DNA from: Balanoglossus misakiensis
Taxonomy: Eukaryota; Animalia; Hemichordata
Reading direction: 5' to 3'
Length of the DNA stretch: 64,000 bases
Assembly: GCA_040954595.2 (NCBI GenBank)
Contig: CM082588.2
Span: forward strand, 2,266,044-2,330,043
The notes under the pieces were generated by a model, which made no database searches, was not told where the DNA came from, and worked only from the letters and a program-made list of their open reading frames with translations. Shown here one piece after another: positions 11,883 through 28,400 of the stretch (positions are counted from its first letter, which is position 1; the number at the start of each line of letters is the position of its first letter). Position numbers and translations under genes: made by a program.

Positions 11883-14800
11883 TCAACTTCCTTTGTTTAC
11901 ACCAGAATCCTCTTCTAGATGAGCTCGTTTGACAGCGCCCCCATTGTTGTCACTCGCTGATCCTTTTGTCTCCTTTGTAGCACTTGCAAGACTTTCAACT
12001 GCACTGATGATTGGGCCAGGTGTCTCACTCGCTACCGTGGCAACAGGAAATGTTTCTGTGTTGTCTTTCCGTACCCTGCCCGGTTGGTTTGTCATGCCTG
12101 TAGACATGCTTGGTTGTGACATCACCATGGTGACCGCTGTGGCTCCCTGGCTGACTTGATTTGGTACAGTGGCGACCTGACCTTCCAAGTATGTCAGAAG
12201 GTGGTGCATATTGTTACTCTGCAAGCCTAGGGCTGGCATGAACTTCATCAGGTGCAGTTTTCGATGGCGATGCATTGTCGCGCTTTGTCGGAACGCCTTT
12301 CCGCATAGATTACATTTAAAGGGTTTCTCTCCTGTATGAATGCGTAAGTGGGCAGCCAGGTGGGACTGGAACCGGAAGGATTTCCCGCAATACTCGCAGG
12401 GAAATGGCCGGGCATTGGAATGAGTCATCTTGTGTCTTTCGAGTCGCCAGTGGTTTCCGAACGTCTTGCCACATATGCTGCAATTCCATCTTGTGTAAGG
12501 GGACACTGGAGTACTGACTGTCAGCTTGGCTTTGCGATTTCGCAGAGGCTGCATGATGCTTGTCTTTAGAGTTCTGCTCGTCATACTTGATGAGGATTCA
12601 TCCACGATGTCTTCCTCCTCTTCATCTTCTACTTCATCATTCATGTCATCATCTTCCTCATCATCCTCCTCATCTTCCTCCTCCTCATCTTCTTCATCCT
12701 CCTCCTCCTCAAAGTCCATCTGCATGTGATTATCCCTCATGGAATTCTCCTGACCTACCCTCGATGGCCCTGGGTTCTCGGCACTCTGGGCATCCATGTA
12801 ACCACTTGATTGTTCCATCATCCCTGAGGATTCACTGGCTTTCATCAGCTCCCACTCCTTGTGCAGTTTCATGTGCCTGGACATGGTCCCCTTCTGTCTG
12901 AATGCTTTGTTGCAGACACTACACTTAAAGGGTTTTTCGCCGCTATGGATACGCTTATGCATCACCAGGTGACCCATGACCTTGAACGCCTTCCCACACT
13001 CTTCGCACTCAAACGGACGTCTGAAGACGTTGTACTGGGATGGAGTCAGCTGCATGAACTCGTCGCCCATCTTCATATCCTCTTGTTGCTGTTCCTCGCT
13101 TGGCTGCCACGAGCTGAGGATGGCCTGCCCTCCCTGGGCATCCCTGGCCGTGACCTGGTGTGTGCTGATTCTGTGCCTGACCAGGTCGGCGTGGTCCGAG
13201 AAGAACCCTGAGCAGAGTCCACAATCAAACACCTGAAGGTCCTGGTTATCCAGGGTCATTTTGATCGCGTGTTTGATGTCGGACGACTGCTCATCTTGCT
13301 GACTTGAAGACTTTGTTGGTGCCTTCTGGTATGCCACCTGCAGGCTTTGAGGCATATGTCTTAGGAGCCTGTGTCTCTTCATTGTAGAACTATGTCTGAA
13401 GGCTCGACCACATACATTACACTTATAAGGTTTCTCCCCAGTATGGCGGCGTCTGTGTGTGATCAAAGCACTGGCCGAGACAAATCTCTGATCGCACATC
13501 TCACAAGCGAAAGGTTTCTCCCCCATGTGCTTGACCAGTTGGTGGATTTTAAGAGCTGCCTTGCCGATGAAATTTTTGCCGCAGTGGGTACAAACATGAT
13601 GCCGAGGTACGTATTTATCTTGAAGTCTTGATTCCGGCTGGGAAGGAGTTTTTGGTTTCGCTTGATCAGTGTCTGAAAGGTGTCTGGGCTCTGCAGCCTC
13701 TGGTGATGAATGACTCGGTCGAGACACGGCCTGATTACTTTCAGCTGCTGCACTCTGAGGAAGCTGCCTTGACCGGGTAGGTTCAGAGAGCGGTACCACC
13801 GGGGGTGACGTCTGTGAAACTCTCCGACCACCATTTTGTCCGGTAGAGGCCGATCCACTACTTTCAGTCACTGTAACTTTTACCGAGTCTGACGGCTGCC
13901 AGTATTTTTGGGGGCTCTGTGGAGAGACGGTCACTGCTTGTGGATTTGATCCTGGCATACGCATCACTGGAGATGTTTGCGAGAGCTCGCGGCTTGTGCC
14001 TGTCTGCAGCTGACGCTCGGGACTTGGCTGGGAAGCTTGGTGGTTAGTCTGAGGTGGTGGAGGCTTGGTCGGCAAGTGACTGATTAAATGAGAGGGGTAC
14101 GAAGTCGGCATCGTCACTTCAACTGTCCTTGGGACATCCATCCTGAGTGGAGTCATCCCCGGGAACACAGGCTGTGAGGTAAATGTCGAGATGGGATGAA
14201 CAACAGGTGGCTGTTGCTCGATAACTGAGGTGACAATTTCTGTTGGGTGCCTCTCAGATGGTATAGTCTGGTACTGCACAACCTGTTGGGAGAGAATATG
14301 TGATATTCTGTCCATTGTTTCTTTCTGACTTTTACGCCTCTCGTCTGCGTGCATGGCTTTAATGTGCCTGTTCCTGGTGGCGCTCTGTCGGAACGTCTTC
14401 CAGCAATAGCTGCAGGAGAAGGGTTTCTCTCCCGTGTGAATACGCTTATGAGCAATCAGACTACCGGTGGACTTGAAAGACAAATTGCAAACATCACAGA
14501 CAAATGGACGCTCCCCTTCGTTTGCATGGCTGCGTTCGTGTTCAATGTACACCTCGTAGACTGAAAATTTCCGACCACAGATGTGACATCTGTAGCCCAG
14601 GTGCACATCATTGTCTCTCTGTGAATCGTCAAAGCCTGCAGAACCATTGTTACTCTCTTCAACCTTCAGAGCTTGTCCACTCTCATCAAATCTTCCCGTT
14701 TCATCCATGCCACTTTTCTCTTGTCGGCCATCATTTTCACTAGTTCCTACGTAAGATAAAAAGACATGAGATAACATCCAGTGTGAACAGATCGGCATAA

Positions 14801-16243
14801 ATTGACAGAGGAAATCATTGTACCTCAACACAGTGAGTTGAGTTGGACAATTATCACAAAACGGATGTCCCACTTTAAGGTTTCTTTTTAATTACCAACG
14901 ACACACACAGATGCAAGCTAACAGTTATACAATATTACAATAGTACCAACTTTAAATAGGTCTGAGAGGATATGTGCAATTGAAACTAATATATGCAACA
15001 GCACATTTCCTGTGATGTCTGAGAAAGCATTTATTCAAATCTACACAAATGAATACTCGGAAAAAAACCTTAGTAATCGGAAAACACTGGAGGGCAACCA
15101 ACAAACAGAACGAGGGATATATACAACAGATTTTTTAATGTTCTGTGCATTTAATTTCCATGGCTGAATACTGTTGGAATATGCTGGCGTTGATTATTTT
15201 GTCAGTTATATATTCAAGAGCATGGACTCTATATTAATAACCCATTCATTTATGCACAGTGCATTGACACACTGTGCTGCATAATAAAAAATGCACAGAG
15301 TCGGAGTACCAGCAAAATGTCAGGTATTCAAAGATCCATTGATTGACGGCAAAACTACCAATGTCAGAAACTGAGCTGAAGACACACAGACACGCCAGGA
15401 ATCGACAAAGTTTTTCTGAGTTTTTACATGTCAGATCAATGCCACACAATTCCATCGCCCTGGCCCCCTGATGGCTACCTTATGACTCTGTTAATATGCA
15501 CACATAAACTGATTCACATATATACACAGGGACTCAGAACAGATATTCTGTGTAAAATTTATTTTTTTATTTCCAAGAAGTGAATTAGCTGATGTTAATT
15601 GGATAACGTGAAGTGAAGCATGTAACCGGGGCAACCAGTTGTCCCTTATATATATTCACCTCGCCCTGTGCGTGACTTATTCATATGCAAATGAAAGAGG
15701 CAACCATGAAAGGCGTGTGCTGACGTGTGTGCAATGTGCATTGACTTTGCCGATTTCTGCCGGTATGTGAAAATACAGTGTGGCCGCCTGCTTAACGGAA
15801 CAAAAGATATCCCATAATTTATCCCAATGCTGGCCATAGCCAAAGGCCTGCTCCTGTTAAAGTGCAATACAATGTGACTCAGGAAGAGATATTACAATAT
15901 TTTCATGCACATGATAAAAAATGGAGACAATTGTATTTTGTTCCTTAAAAAGAAGGCCACAAAGGGCCTTATTATCATCATCATCAATCATCATCATTAT
16001 CATCATCCGAAGATTCATGGCACTGTACAAACCTTCTCGATCTGATCCCTTTCGATAACTTTTTTCACCATCACCGTTTCTGTTGCCATGGTTTTCCACC
16101 ATCACAGTCTCTCCATGCTCTGTTTCTAAGATGAAAACACCTGGAGAGTCGTCCATAGGTTCGTCTTTGACTTTGTACTTCTTCGAAGAAGTCTCAGAGT
16201 CAATGCGGACGCCTTCGTCCATTCCATTCCATGCATTTTCCAT
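11883..16243 (-). CDS. C2H2 zinc-finger protein, about 1024 aa, 12 fingers in four clusters
   Basis: Coding exons 16243-16033 (MENAWNG...DREG) and 14746-11883 join in frame (G|GA ACT AGT). Twelve CxxC...HxxxH fingers with TGEKPF linkers and an acidic D/E tract. Probable non-coding first exon ending at 17231 (donor gtgagt); acceptor for the next exon at 16252. Confidence 0.88.
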
Positions 16244-17230
16244 CCTCAAATCCTGCAGAAAAGAGCCACAGCAATAAAAGGGCCATCTTCACTGAGCCTA
16301 TTGCTTATATGAAAGTATGTTCATTTCTTGATGGTACAGTAGTGTGTATGCATAAAATTGTGGTAATGTACATGCTGTAGATTTCCATTCAACTGTTTCC
16401 AGTCCTGTACTTTAACTCTGTCAGCCTCAACTTAGTTTTTTTTAATATCGCAACAAATATCGTGTTGCGACCAGCAACTTTTAAGATCGTGTGCTCTATT
16501 ATGTGTATCTCACTTCTCTGAGACCTGCATTCACTTGTTCTTGTCTCTCACGAAGTGTAATATAATTTAAATCATAATTGAATTTGCATAATTACATTAC
16601 TTTTCAACGCATGACTTTACAATATCAAAGGATCGATTATTTATGTGCGCCTATCTATCGCATAACAGTGAAAGGTACATTCAGCTTTGGTCTTATTTAC
16701 AGTACACGCGATCGAAAGTCGGTCGCACATTCCCTCGATGTACAGAAACTTAAAAATGTTGAAACATCGTAAATTGTAATTCCGCGTGATTTTTAAGCGA
16801 GGCGCCTAAAGGAAACCAACATCGATCCCAAATAAACTAGTTTCAACATGCGTTTTGCAGAGAGTGACAGCAAGTTGTCTTGTGTGTACGATTTCATACA
16901 GTGCGCGATGTTACTTTCACTTTTCGCCGGTTAAACACCGGTGACTGACGACGGCGATCGTAGAGAAAGTGTCTTCGGGCAGGCGAAAGGGAAAAAAATC
17001 CCACCCCAGCGCAGTGAGTGTGTGGCCTGGATTAGTCTGCAAACAATGTCTGCGACGCAGCCAATTTATACGTGCATGCATGCATGCCCAGCACGGAGTT
17101 TTCCAGGCACCACTTTGCAGCGACTGCAGACATTACACTCTGCAACAAACATCATTCCCGATCTCTACCTCTCAGCTTTGTCTTGACATCTGGATCGGAA
17201 ACAGACAGACAACATCTGGACAGTACTCAC

Positions 17231-17356
17231 CTTCTCCTGGCAGTCTCCCCGTATTTCCCCGCATTATTCGATGTATCAACGATCTTTCCGTGCAGGCTTC
17301 GCCCAGCACGGCGCAAGCATTTGTACACAACACTGCACACGACCTAAACCGGAAGT
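17231..17356 (-). promoter_or_regulatory. Probable 5'-UTR exon and promoter of the minus-strand ZNF gene
   Basis: Strong minus-strand donor AAG|gtgagt at 17231/17230, local CpG enrichment, and an ETS motif CCGGAAGT at 17349-17356. Confidence 0.5.
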
Positions 17357-18126
17357 ATTTAGTGCTCAGACGTGCTTTTGACTCCCCAGCACGTCAAAAT
17401 AAATACATGAAATATGTGCTCCCTTAGAATATGCAATTTTAGATATGACTGATAATTAAATAATCACATTTAGATGATATAATCTTACATCGTCCAGATA
17501 GTAAGATTGTTGTCTTTATTATAATATATATATTTATTTAGTTGTACCTTTTTCATAGTGAAGTTTTGCAAGTGGTATCGCATACGTGGAATCATCAAAC
17601 ACACACACGATGGCACCTTTCAAAAACAATATCAATCATACTTTATTTTCTCTACAAATTCTATTTTAATACATAGTGACAGAGTTATTTGGAAGAAAGC
17701 AAGCTAATAGTATTCTGTAAAACTGGGAAACTGAGTGTCTAAGATTTGCATTTCTGCAGTAGAGACAGAAATATTGATTTCAAATCCCACTACTATATGA
17801 AGTTTTGGGGCAAAACATATATACAAAGTCGGACAGATTTGTCTCTTTTAAATCAGGAAAGTTTGTAATTTTCTCTGGTACAGCTAGACGAAAAATAAGC
17901 GGTCATTTGGGTTTCACATTAACAAGAGGATTTTGTCATGTATCTGGGTAATAACAAAAATGTAATATTTTGGAACTTCATATATAATACACTTCTCAGT
18001 TTTGTATCAAATTTGTATTTGTGGTTATACAATAAAGAATAAAATCTAAGAAAAGTCCCTCTTTCCAAGAATCTTGTTCTCTCGTTTATCCGGTCGCCCG
18101 ATGAGTGTAGTGTAATTAGAGTTAAT

Positions 18127-21354
<3,228 letters not shown>

Positions 21355-22474
21355 TTTTGGATCTTTAAACTAAAAAGTTCTTCCCGAATCCCCACCGTCG
21401 GTGAAATGAACCTTTCGGTGTTTTGGAACAAAGAGGGCATGCGCATGAATTCCCCGCCAAACCGCAAGGATTCGTCAAACGTTGGTGGCGCTGTTTCTTA
21501 ACCACGTATCTCTGTACATATGTATAATAATTTACGACATATCTGGTACTGGTCGCGTATTTTGCCGGACCTTGATGGTGTATTGTGCGCAAAATTGAAT
21601 ACAGATAGGATCTTAAAGATATGAGAGTATGACGAAGTTAGTGTGTCGAAAGAAATGGCTGCAAATGCAGCTATACTCTCCATAACTTCAAAGCCAAAAG
21701 TTCTTTCCATCGCAAATAAAGTTGAAAGGGGTGTCGTGGGAATTCCGCCTGCTCTTCATGTTATTACAAAGTGGCAACACATCGTCTGGCATGACGTGTT
21801 TAGTACGACAATGCACCAGTTTTGTCTTTCCATTCAAAACATTGTAAGTGATCATGGGATCATGCGGTCACGGTGTTTTTTTGGCAAGATTAAAAACATT
21901 GCTCAACTCAGTTCGGACTCAGTTCCACATCCACCATTGTTATACAAATCTTGCTAAGACATCGGGCGGGAGCGCGAAAAAAATCTGAAGGAAAGGGGTA
22001 TACGTTTGTGTAAACTATACTAACTTCGCTGTGATCCACCCACCCAATTGAAATTGTACAGCAAATATTCTTTGGGAGTTTTATACTGAAGCATGTCATT
22101 CACTCTTGACATAGTCAGCGATTCCGTTTTGTCGATGCGTTTCCCTTGAAAATAAAATAAAAAGAGTCGCCATTGGTTCTTATTTTTTCATTTGTTTCAT
22201 TATTTGTTCATTCGTTTTAACTCTCTGTACATTTCAGCAACATTTTATATCTTATCCCGTGTATATTTCAATATCCGGGATCTGGATATATATGACGTCA
22301 TTTAGAATCCAATATGGCGGCGGTCATGTACTTCGTGCAAGCAGCGATTCCGACACATTGGTGAAAGGTAGAACTTTAATCTGGTCTTGCTCTCCTTAAA
22401 ATGCCCGAACTTGCATTCAATCTCGAGAAGTGTTAGCCTGAACTTTTCCACAGTTTCTTGTCGCCGTTTTCGCC
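21355..22474. promoter_or_regulatory. Bidirectional promoter region between RBBP4 (-) and REPS (+)
   Basis: The start codons are 1.12 kb apart, head-to-head. NRF1-like GCATGCGCA near 21437, E2F-like CCCGCCAA near 21453 and GCGCGAAA near 21972, CRE TGACGTCA at 22293, YY1-like ATGGCGGC near 22314. Confidence 0.65.
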
Positions 22475-25400
22475 ATGGAAGGGCTAAAACTCAATCCAGC
22501 TGAGCAGCAACTATTCTCGGATTGGTTCAACTCGTGCGATGTGGAGAGCACTGGCAAAGTTGCTCCAGCCCGGGCATTAGAATTGTTTATGACTTCGCAG
22601 CTTTCCCGAGAAACGCTTCAGCAGGTGAGTGTCTTTCACATCCCCTAACCCTTGACCAAAATCTGGTTTATCTCCGAAGACGTGACCTAGCTATATTTTA
22701 AGATAAACAACGCACGCACTGCACGTCGACCACTGCAGTGTTGACGAGCCCGCCCCCATTCCACCCAACCCAGTAATATTCCGATGACCTACATATGGCG
22801 TTCCGTTATTTTAAAGGACTGGTTGATTTTTTCATCAACAGGAAATATTCACGTTTTATATTTATATTGCCTTCTTGTATTCAGACTGGGTCATGGTAAA
22901 TTCACGATTTTCGCAGTCTTCATCAACTTCAAGATCGTATTGACGTAAAAGGGTGTGGGTCCGAAACCCTTGTATATTTCAATATGGGGGGGGGGGGGGG
23001 GTGTTGGCCAGTTTGAACAGCCGCAGCAAAATCAGATCTGTATGACATATTAGTGACCATGTAACTCCCAGATTAGCCGCATAACTGTCTTTAACTTTGA
23101 TGACTGATAAGGTAATCTCTGTAAGTGCAAACCTGATTGATGATATCATGATGAGAATATAGCACGTCAAGTTCATGGGGGCAAACTAATTTCATTAAGA
23201 GTATAGAAATCATTTATCACAATTGATTTCTATGCTAAAGGTATCCCTCACCCCTCCTTGGGGGTCTGTTTTAAGGTCACACCCTCTCAGTGAAATCAAT
23301 GTCTGAGCATTTATCAGGTTTGCAAGCCTCCGCTTATACATTTTGTTACACAGTTTCAATCAGAAGTCTGGACACGGCTATTTGCAGTATGTACAGTATA
23401 GTTGAGTTTGGTGTGATCTCAGAAAAACACATTTCCTTTGGCATCATTGTCCACCCCAGTAGGTGACCTCAGTTGAGGTCATCGTTAATCAGCAGATTAC
23501 ACAGAGCTCTGGGGGTGAAAGGGTTAAAGGATATGGAGAAGGATTGAAACTGGATTTAAGCTGTCTGATGAGGTCAGGTGCTGGTCATCATCTGGTTTAG
23601 ATTATGGCCTGAGCAGTGGTACACAGTATGTGATGTCATTTTTACAGTAAAACACAGATTGTGTGTTTCTTACAAGTACCTAATATCAAGTACAGTGATT
23701 ACAGGAATGTTATGTGGGAAAAGATGTTTCCATGGAATTTTTGAAATGTGTGTGTGTGTGTGTTTATTTATTGATTTTATTATTATTATTTATTATTTAT
23801 TTTTGCTTTGTGATATTGACCTCCTGCTTTGCTATTTCAGATAAGTGTACTGTGTGGTGCTACAAGAATTGGACACTTTGGTCGCAGTCAGTTTTACATT
23901 GCTTTGAAGCTGATAGCTGCTGTACAGAGCGGATTGCCTGTCAGGCTGGAGAGTCTCAACTCAGGAATGGAAATCCCTCTGCCCAAAATAGTGTATAATA
24001 AACCCGAACAAGGTGAGTTGTGTGTGAATAGATGTTGTACATTGTCATTGGGCATGTATGGCAATATATTTTCAGTTTTTCCCTAATTTGAAGTATTAAA
24101 AAATTTCACCATCATATGAAAACAACATATGTTGTTTTGATCGATTCACATGAATATAAATAGTAACATTGATTTATTTCAAATTTCTGCATGTTTGTTT
24201 TTCTTGTTTCAATAGATAGAAAACGTGCACAGTTTAGTAACCCAGCATTTAGTCAACCTGTTAATGAAGAATATACATTGTTAGATAAGCAGAACGAAAG
24301 GTAGGTCTCCTTCAGCAGGGAATTACATCTAATGTGACCTTGACACACTTTTGTTTCTCTAGTCAGCAAAGAAAATGGCTCAGCAGCTGATGGCATAATT
24401 GTGAAATATATGTCAATGGGCTAGCAAGTAGGTAGATATCTGAATTTTGAGTGTTGCTGATTGGGGCTATGGCTAAACGAATTTGACCTTGGGGGAAAAA
24501 AATAAAATTTAATGTGAACATGTCAGATTAATATAGCAAGACAAGAATACAGCTGGTCCTAGCATGCACATTATAACACATTTGCATATAAATGTGTTTT
24601 TAATTTGCAAATGTTACAGCCAGACACACGCTGAGTTCAGAAGGGTACTGGGCTCAGTATTGTCTATATTATTGTAAGAGTTGGCACTGGGCCAGCCCTG
24701 TTGTAAAACCTGTGGGAAAAGCACTGTTGATCTCGGCCTTGTATCTGTGTTGAAATTCCCTGAGATCAACGGTACTATCACTTCATCTTTTGTCTTCCCA
24801 GGACACTCATCAAGTGACACTGTTCGTGTCTCTCCTTTGCAATGTAGCAAGCCACGGCATGTTTGTGGACTTGTCCATGACCTTTGAACTCGTAAAGTGT
24901 CAATAAATCTTGTGGGTTATGACTCCAGTGAGGCAAGGACATAAGCAACAAACGTATAATTTTTTTTCTGTTATAAATGTCAAAAAGATAATATATTATG
25001 ACCTTATAAAGGAGCTTTTAAACTTCATGACAGGCGAGTTAGCATTGTAAATGATGCTGGTAAAAAGCACATTACATTTGTACATCGAAATTGGTTTTCT
25101 GGGGTTTAACTTTGTGCGCTGTATGAGAAATATTCAATCAAAATCGCTGGAGAACTAATCATAAAACATCTTGAAGGCAAATGAAAATACAGGTGTTGTG
25201 TAAATGACAAGTGAAATGGACACGATTCTGTGAAATGCCTGAGGCAGATTGCATACAGCGTTATATTTCTAGACAATATTTTATGGCTTGCATTATTGAG
25301 TTTGTCACGTCGTAACCTTGAGATGGAACAAATTACTCCCGCGTACAAATCATGTTGAAACTTTCTTCGTGTACTGCCTGAGGCAGGAAGGATCCTAAAT

Positions 25401-28400
25401 GAATTTTCAAATAAAGGGAATATCACTAAGCTGTCTGGGTGCTCTGTTGTTCAATAATGTCGTGAAACCCTTGTGTTATCTGATTTCTGTCAGTTTCGTA
25501 AGGTCTCAATTGGATAGAACTGTTGTTTTATCCAGGCATGGCCTTGGAGAGTGTCAACCAACAAGCACTAGGCAAAAAACACACCTCGTAATGCAAACCT
25601 GGATCCAGTCCATGTAAAATTGATCAATATTTGCATTCAGAATGGCTGTGAAGCTCCTTGAAACTACTCAACACATGAAAGATTTATCAACACTTTCACT
25701 CCAAAGTGGTTGCCGTATACATGTACCTTCAATTGGAGATATTATGCCGAGATGTACTGATGGAAAATTTGTCTTTAAGATGTGACAGTGTGCTAAATTT
25801 GCTAGCCCAGGTTGGCTTTGGGTTAGCCCAGAGCTGACACAATTGGAAACTTGCTGCAGTTCTAATCTGCATTGTGTTCATCATGGTCACGCAGAAGAAA
25901 CCAAGCAGTAAAGTGAGATAAAAGAAATCGTGCATAAGTATCTTTTTATGATTCAGTGAGCTATAACCGGGAGCTGATTAGAACAACTAGCTGCGAGCGA
26001 AAAATTTTCATTGTGTAAAATGTCAGTTTAATGGAAAATCAAGAAAGTGCTGCTTCACAGTGCAGAATATTTTATTTTGCACATCCCTGGATTTCTGAGG
26101 ATCTAGCTAATTCTTTTTGAAATTGACTATTGGTGGATGCGTGCCTGGTGAATGAATTATTTATACATGTATGATTTCTTTTTTTCCATTTTCAGGAGTG
26201 ATGTTTTATTATGTCTATTGATACGTGTTTTTATGGGAGATATGGAGACAGTTTGATCTTAAGGGAGTGTGGGTCTTGTTTCCACAGTACAGAAAATGTA
26301 CAGTTTACGAACCTTTGTCTCAGTATTCTCAAATATTCCCAAGAAATACAGCTTTCAATTCCTTTACCAGATACTAATACTGTCTTCCCCTTGCTTGTCA
26401 AGTACAGTTTGGTGAATGTGAAATCTTGGAATAGAAATTAGTCGTTTCTGTATTTTTGACTATTTTCTGTATGATTTCCATTGCAGGCAAAGTACTCCTC
26501 AACAACAACAACAGCAACAACAAGTGGCACTGCCACCTCCACCAACCAAAGAAAACATTCGTACTGGTCAAGTGATGTATCGACAAAGGGTAGGTTGGGA
26601 AAAAGCTATTTATAAGTCCTTTCTTTTACCAAGTCTCATGAATTGTTTTAACCATAATTTCACATCCATGGAAGTTATGAATGAAACACAAAGTAAGATG
26701 TTTGCTTCTGTCCTAAACAACTGAAGGCAAAACGATGTTGAATGCTTTGTTACAGAGAAGAAGTGATTCCAGTTCGTCCAGTACTTCTTCCTCTTCTTCC
26801 TCTCCCAGTCCTCAATTAACTCCAAAAAGGAGTAAGCCGAGCTCCCCAAGTGTGGAAAGATTGGTCTCGCCTGGTAGTAATACGGTATGACTAACATACT
26901 CATTGTTGATACTGTTTTCACCAATAGAGTCATGCCTTCATCTGTAGTGTGACATCCTGGACCCCTAAATGTCCCACAAATTGCTGACCTTTAACCTTTG
27001 ACATGCTGTGCTGACCTTGAATGATGGTGCTGGTTGCTCTGATTTTCTAGCTTGGTTCAAGTTTACAAGGCTTTTTATCACCAACCTGGGAGGCATTATG
27101 TCGATTAACCCTGAGCTTTTTGTCATTAAACTAGGGGGATTTCATGCTAACTCTAACCTTTTTATCATTAAACTAGAGGAACATCATGCTAACAATGTAC
27201 TGTACTACATCATACCCCATCCACCATCAGTATAAGCACGAACAGCATCCTGTGTCATTGCAAATTGAGTGAAAATTAAAGATGTTGTCCAGAAATACAA
27301 ATGACTGCTCCATTCCTGACATTTTTTCAGCTTTTCATGTTCATTGAACTTTTCAAGTTCACTGAAGATTTCGTGACCCAACCACACCTGATATCGCATT
27401 GCTGTCAATCATGATGTCATGACTGCTCGTCCACCAATCACACCACCACACTGCCATTTCTTGCTGTACTAACATTCCACAATGTCTTGCAGGTTTCAAG
27501 GAGCTGGGACTTGCATACACTTGTCACTAACTGTCACTATATACTGACCGATTCTCTAATGCACAGCCGTCATCTGCATCACATGTATTATTTACACCGA
27601 GGGACTCTAAGTAACAATGTTTTAAGTTTTGTGCAGGCTACTAACAGTTTCAAGTCCTTGATGAGAGCATTGCTGATACAACTCACTGTTATTCCTCATC
27701 TTCACCAACTCACATGTGATTATTTTTTTTTCTCTCCAACAGAGCGGAAGTGCTGCCTCATCCAGTAGCAACTCCAGCTCGACATCCAGTCCGGAAAGTT
27801 CTCCACACTCCTCCCCGCCCACTTCACCCATGCTGCATCGTAGTCTTGAGAAACAGAAGAGTTTGCCCATCATGACTGGGCTCAGTCGGGGAGTGCAGAA
27901 CGAGGCCTTTGAAGAAGGCAGCTTTAAGGAGAAGGGCTGGGCTTCTTTTGATACCGAGACAGATGAACTAGGTAGGGCTGAAAAAGAGGTCCTTGCTTGA
28001 TAATTTAATCTGGCTTAGGTCACTATGTGTGATCTTGTAAAATGATTGTGTTAGCTTATTATGAAGTGGTATAGTTATTGCATCTTAGTTAATCAGCATC
28101 CATAGATCATTCTTCCAATTGTGTATAATCTGGGGGAAAAATCTCAGACAATTTAATCCAGCCTCACGGTCCAACAGAATTTAAGCAATTTGCTCATTTT
28201 TGTTTTCAGTTCCTTCAGAAAGCTCAGACAGTGTTGCGCAGCAGTCTGGAGTTGTGCCGCAGCAGCAGTCGGGGGTCGTCTCCCCTCAGATGATACAGCA
28301 GAATGCAGCAATGCACCAGGCTGCGATGCAGCCCCCGGCCGCCTACAAACAGCAACCTGCTGCAACTTTCGTTTCCCCGCAACAGGCCGGGGTGTTGCAG

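Noticed and set aside
11929-14743. Overlapping antisense and alternative-frame ORFs within the ZNF exon (and similarly at 28153-28651 and 41118-43227)
   Set aside because: These are shadow ORFs of GC-rich or low-complexity coding sequence with no recognisable protein features.
14747-14873. N-terminal 42 codons of the 996-aa ORF (MGHPFCDNC...)
   Set aside because: It starts at a non-ATG codon and is open intron sequence. A proper acceptor at 14746 joins in frame to the exon at 16243-16033.
22986-23001. G16 homopolymer as a functional G-quadruplex
   Set aside because: It is a simple intronic homopolymer with no supporting context.
27481-27500. TACTAAC...GCAG|GT as a recursive (zero-length exon) splice site
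   Set aside because: The intron is under 1 kb and the reconstituted donor (GTTTCA) is weak, so it cannot be supported.
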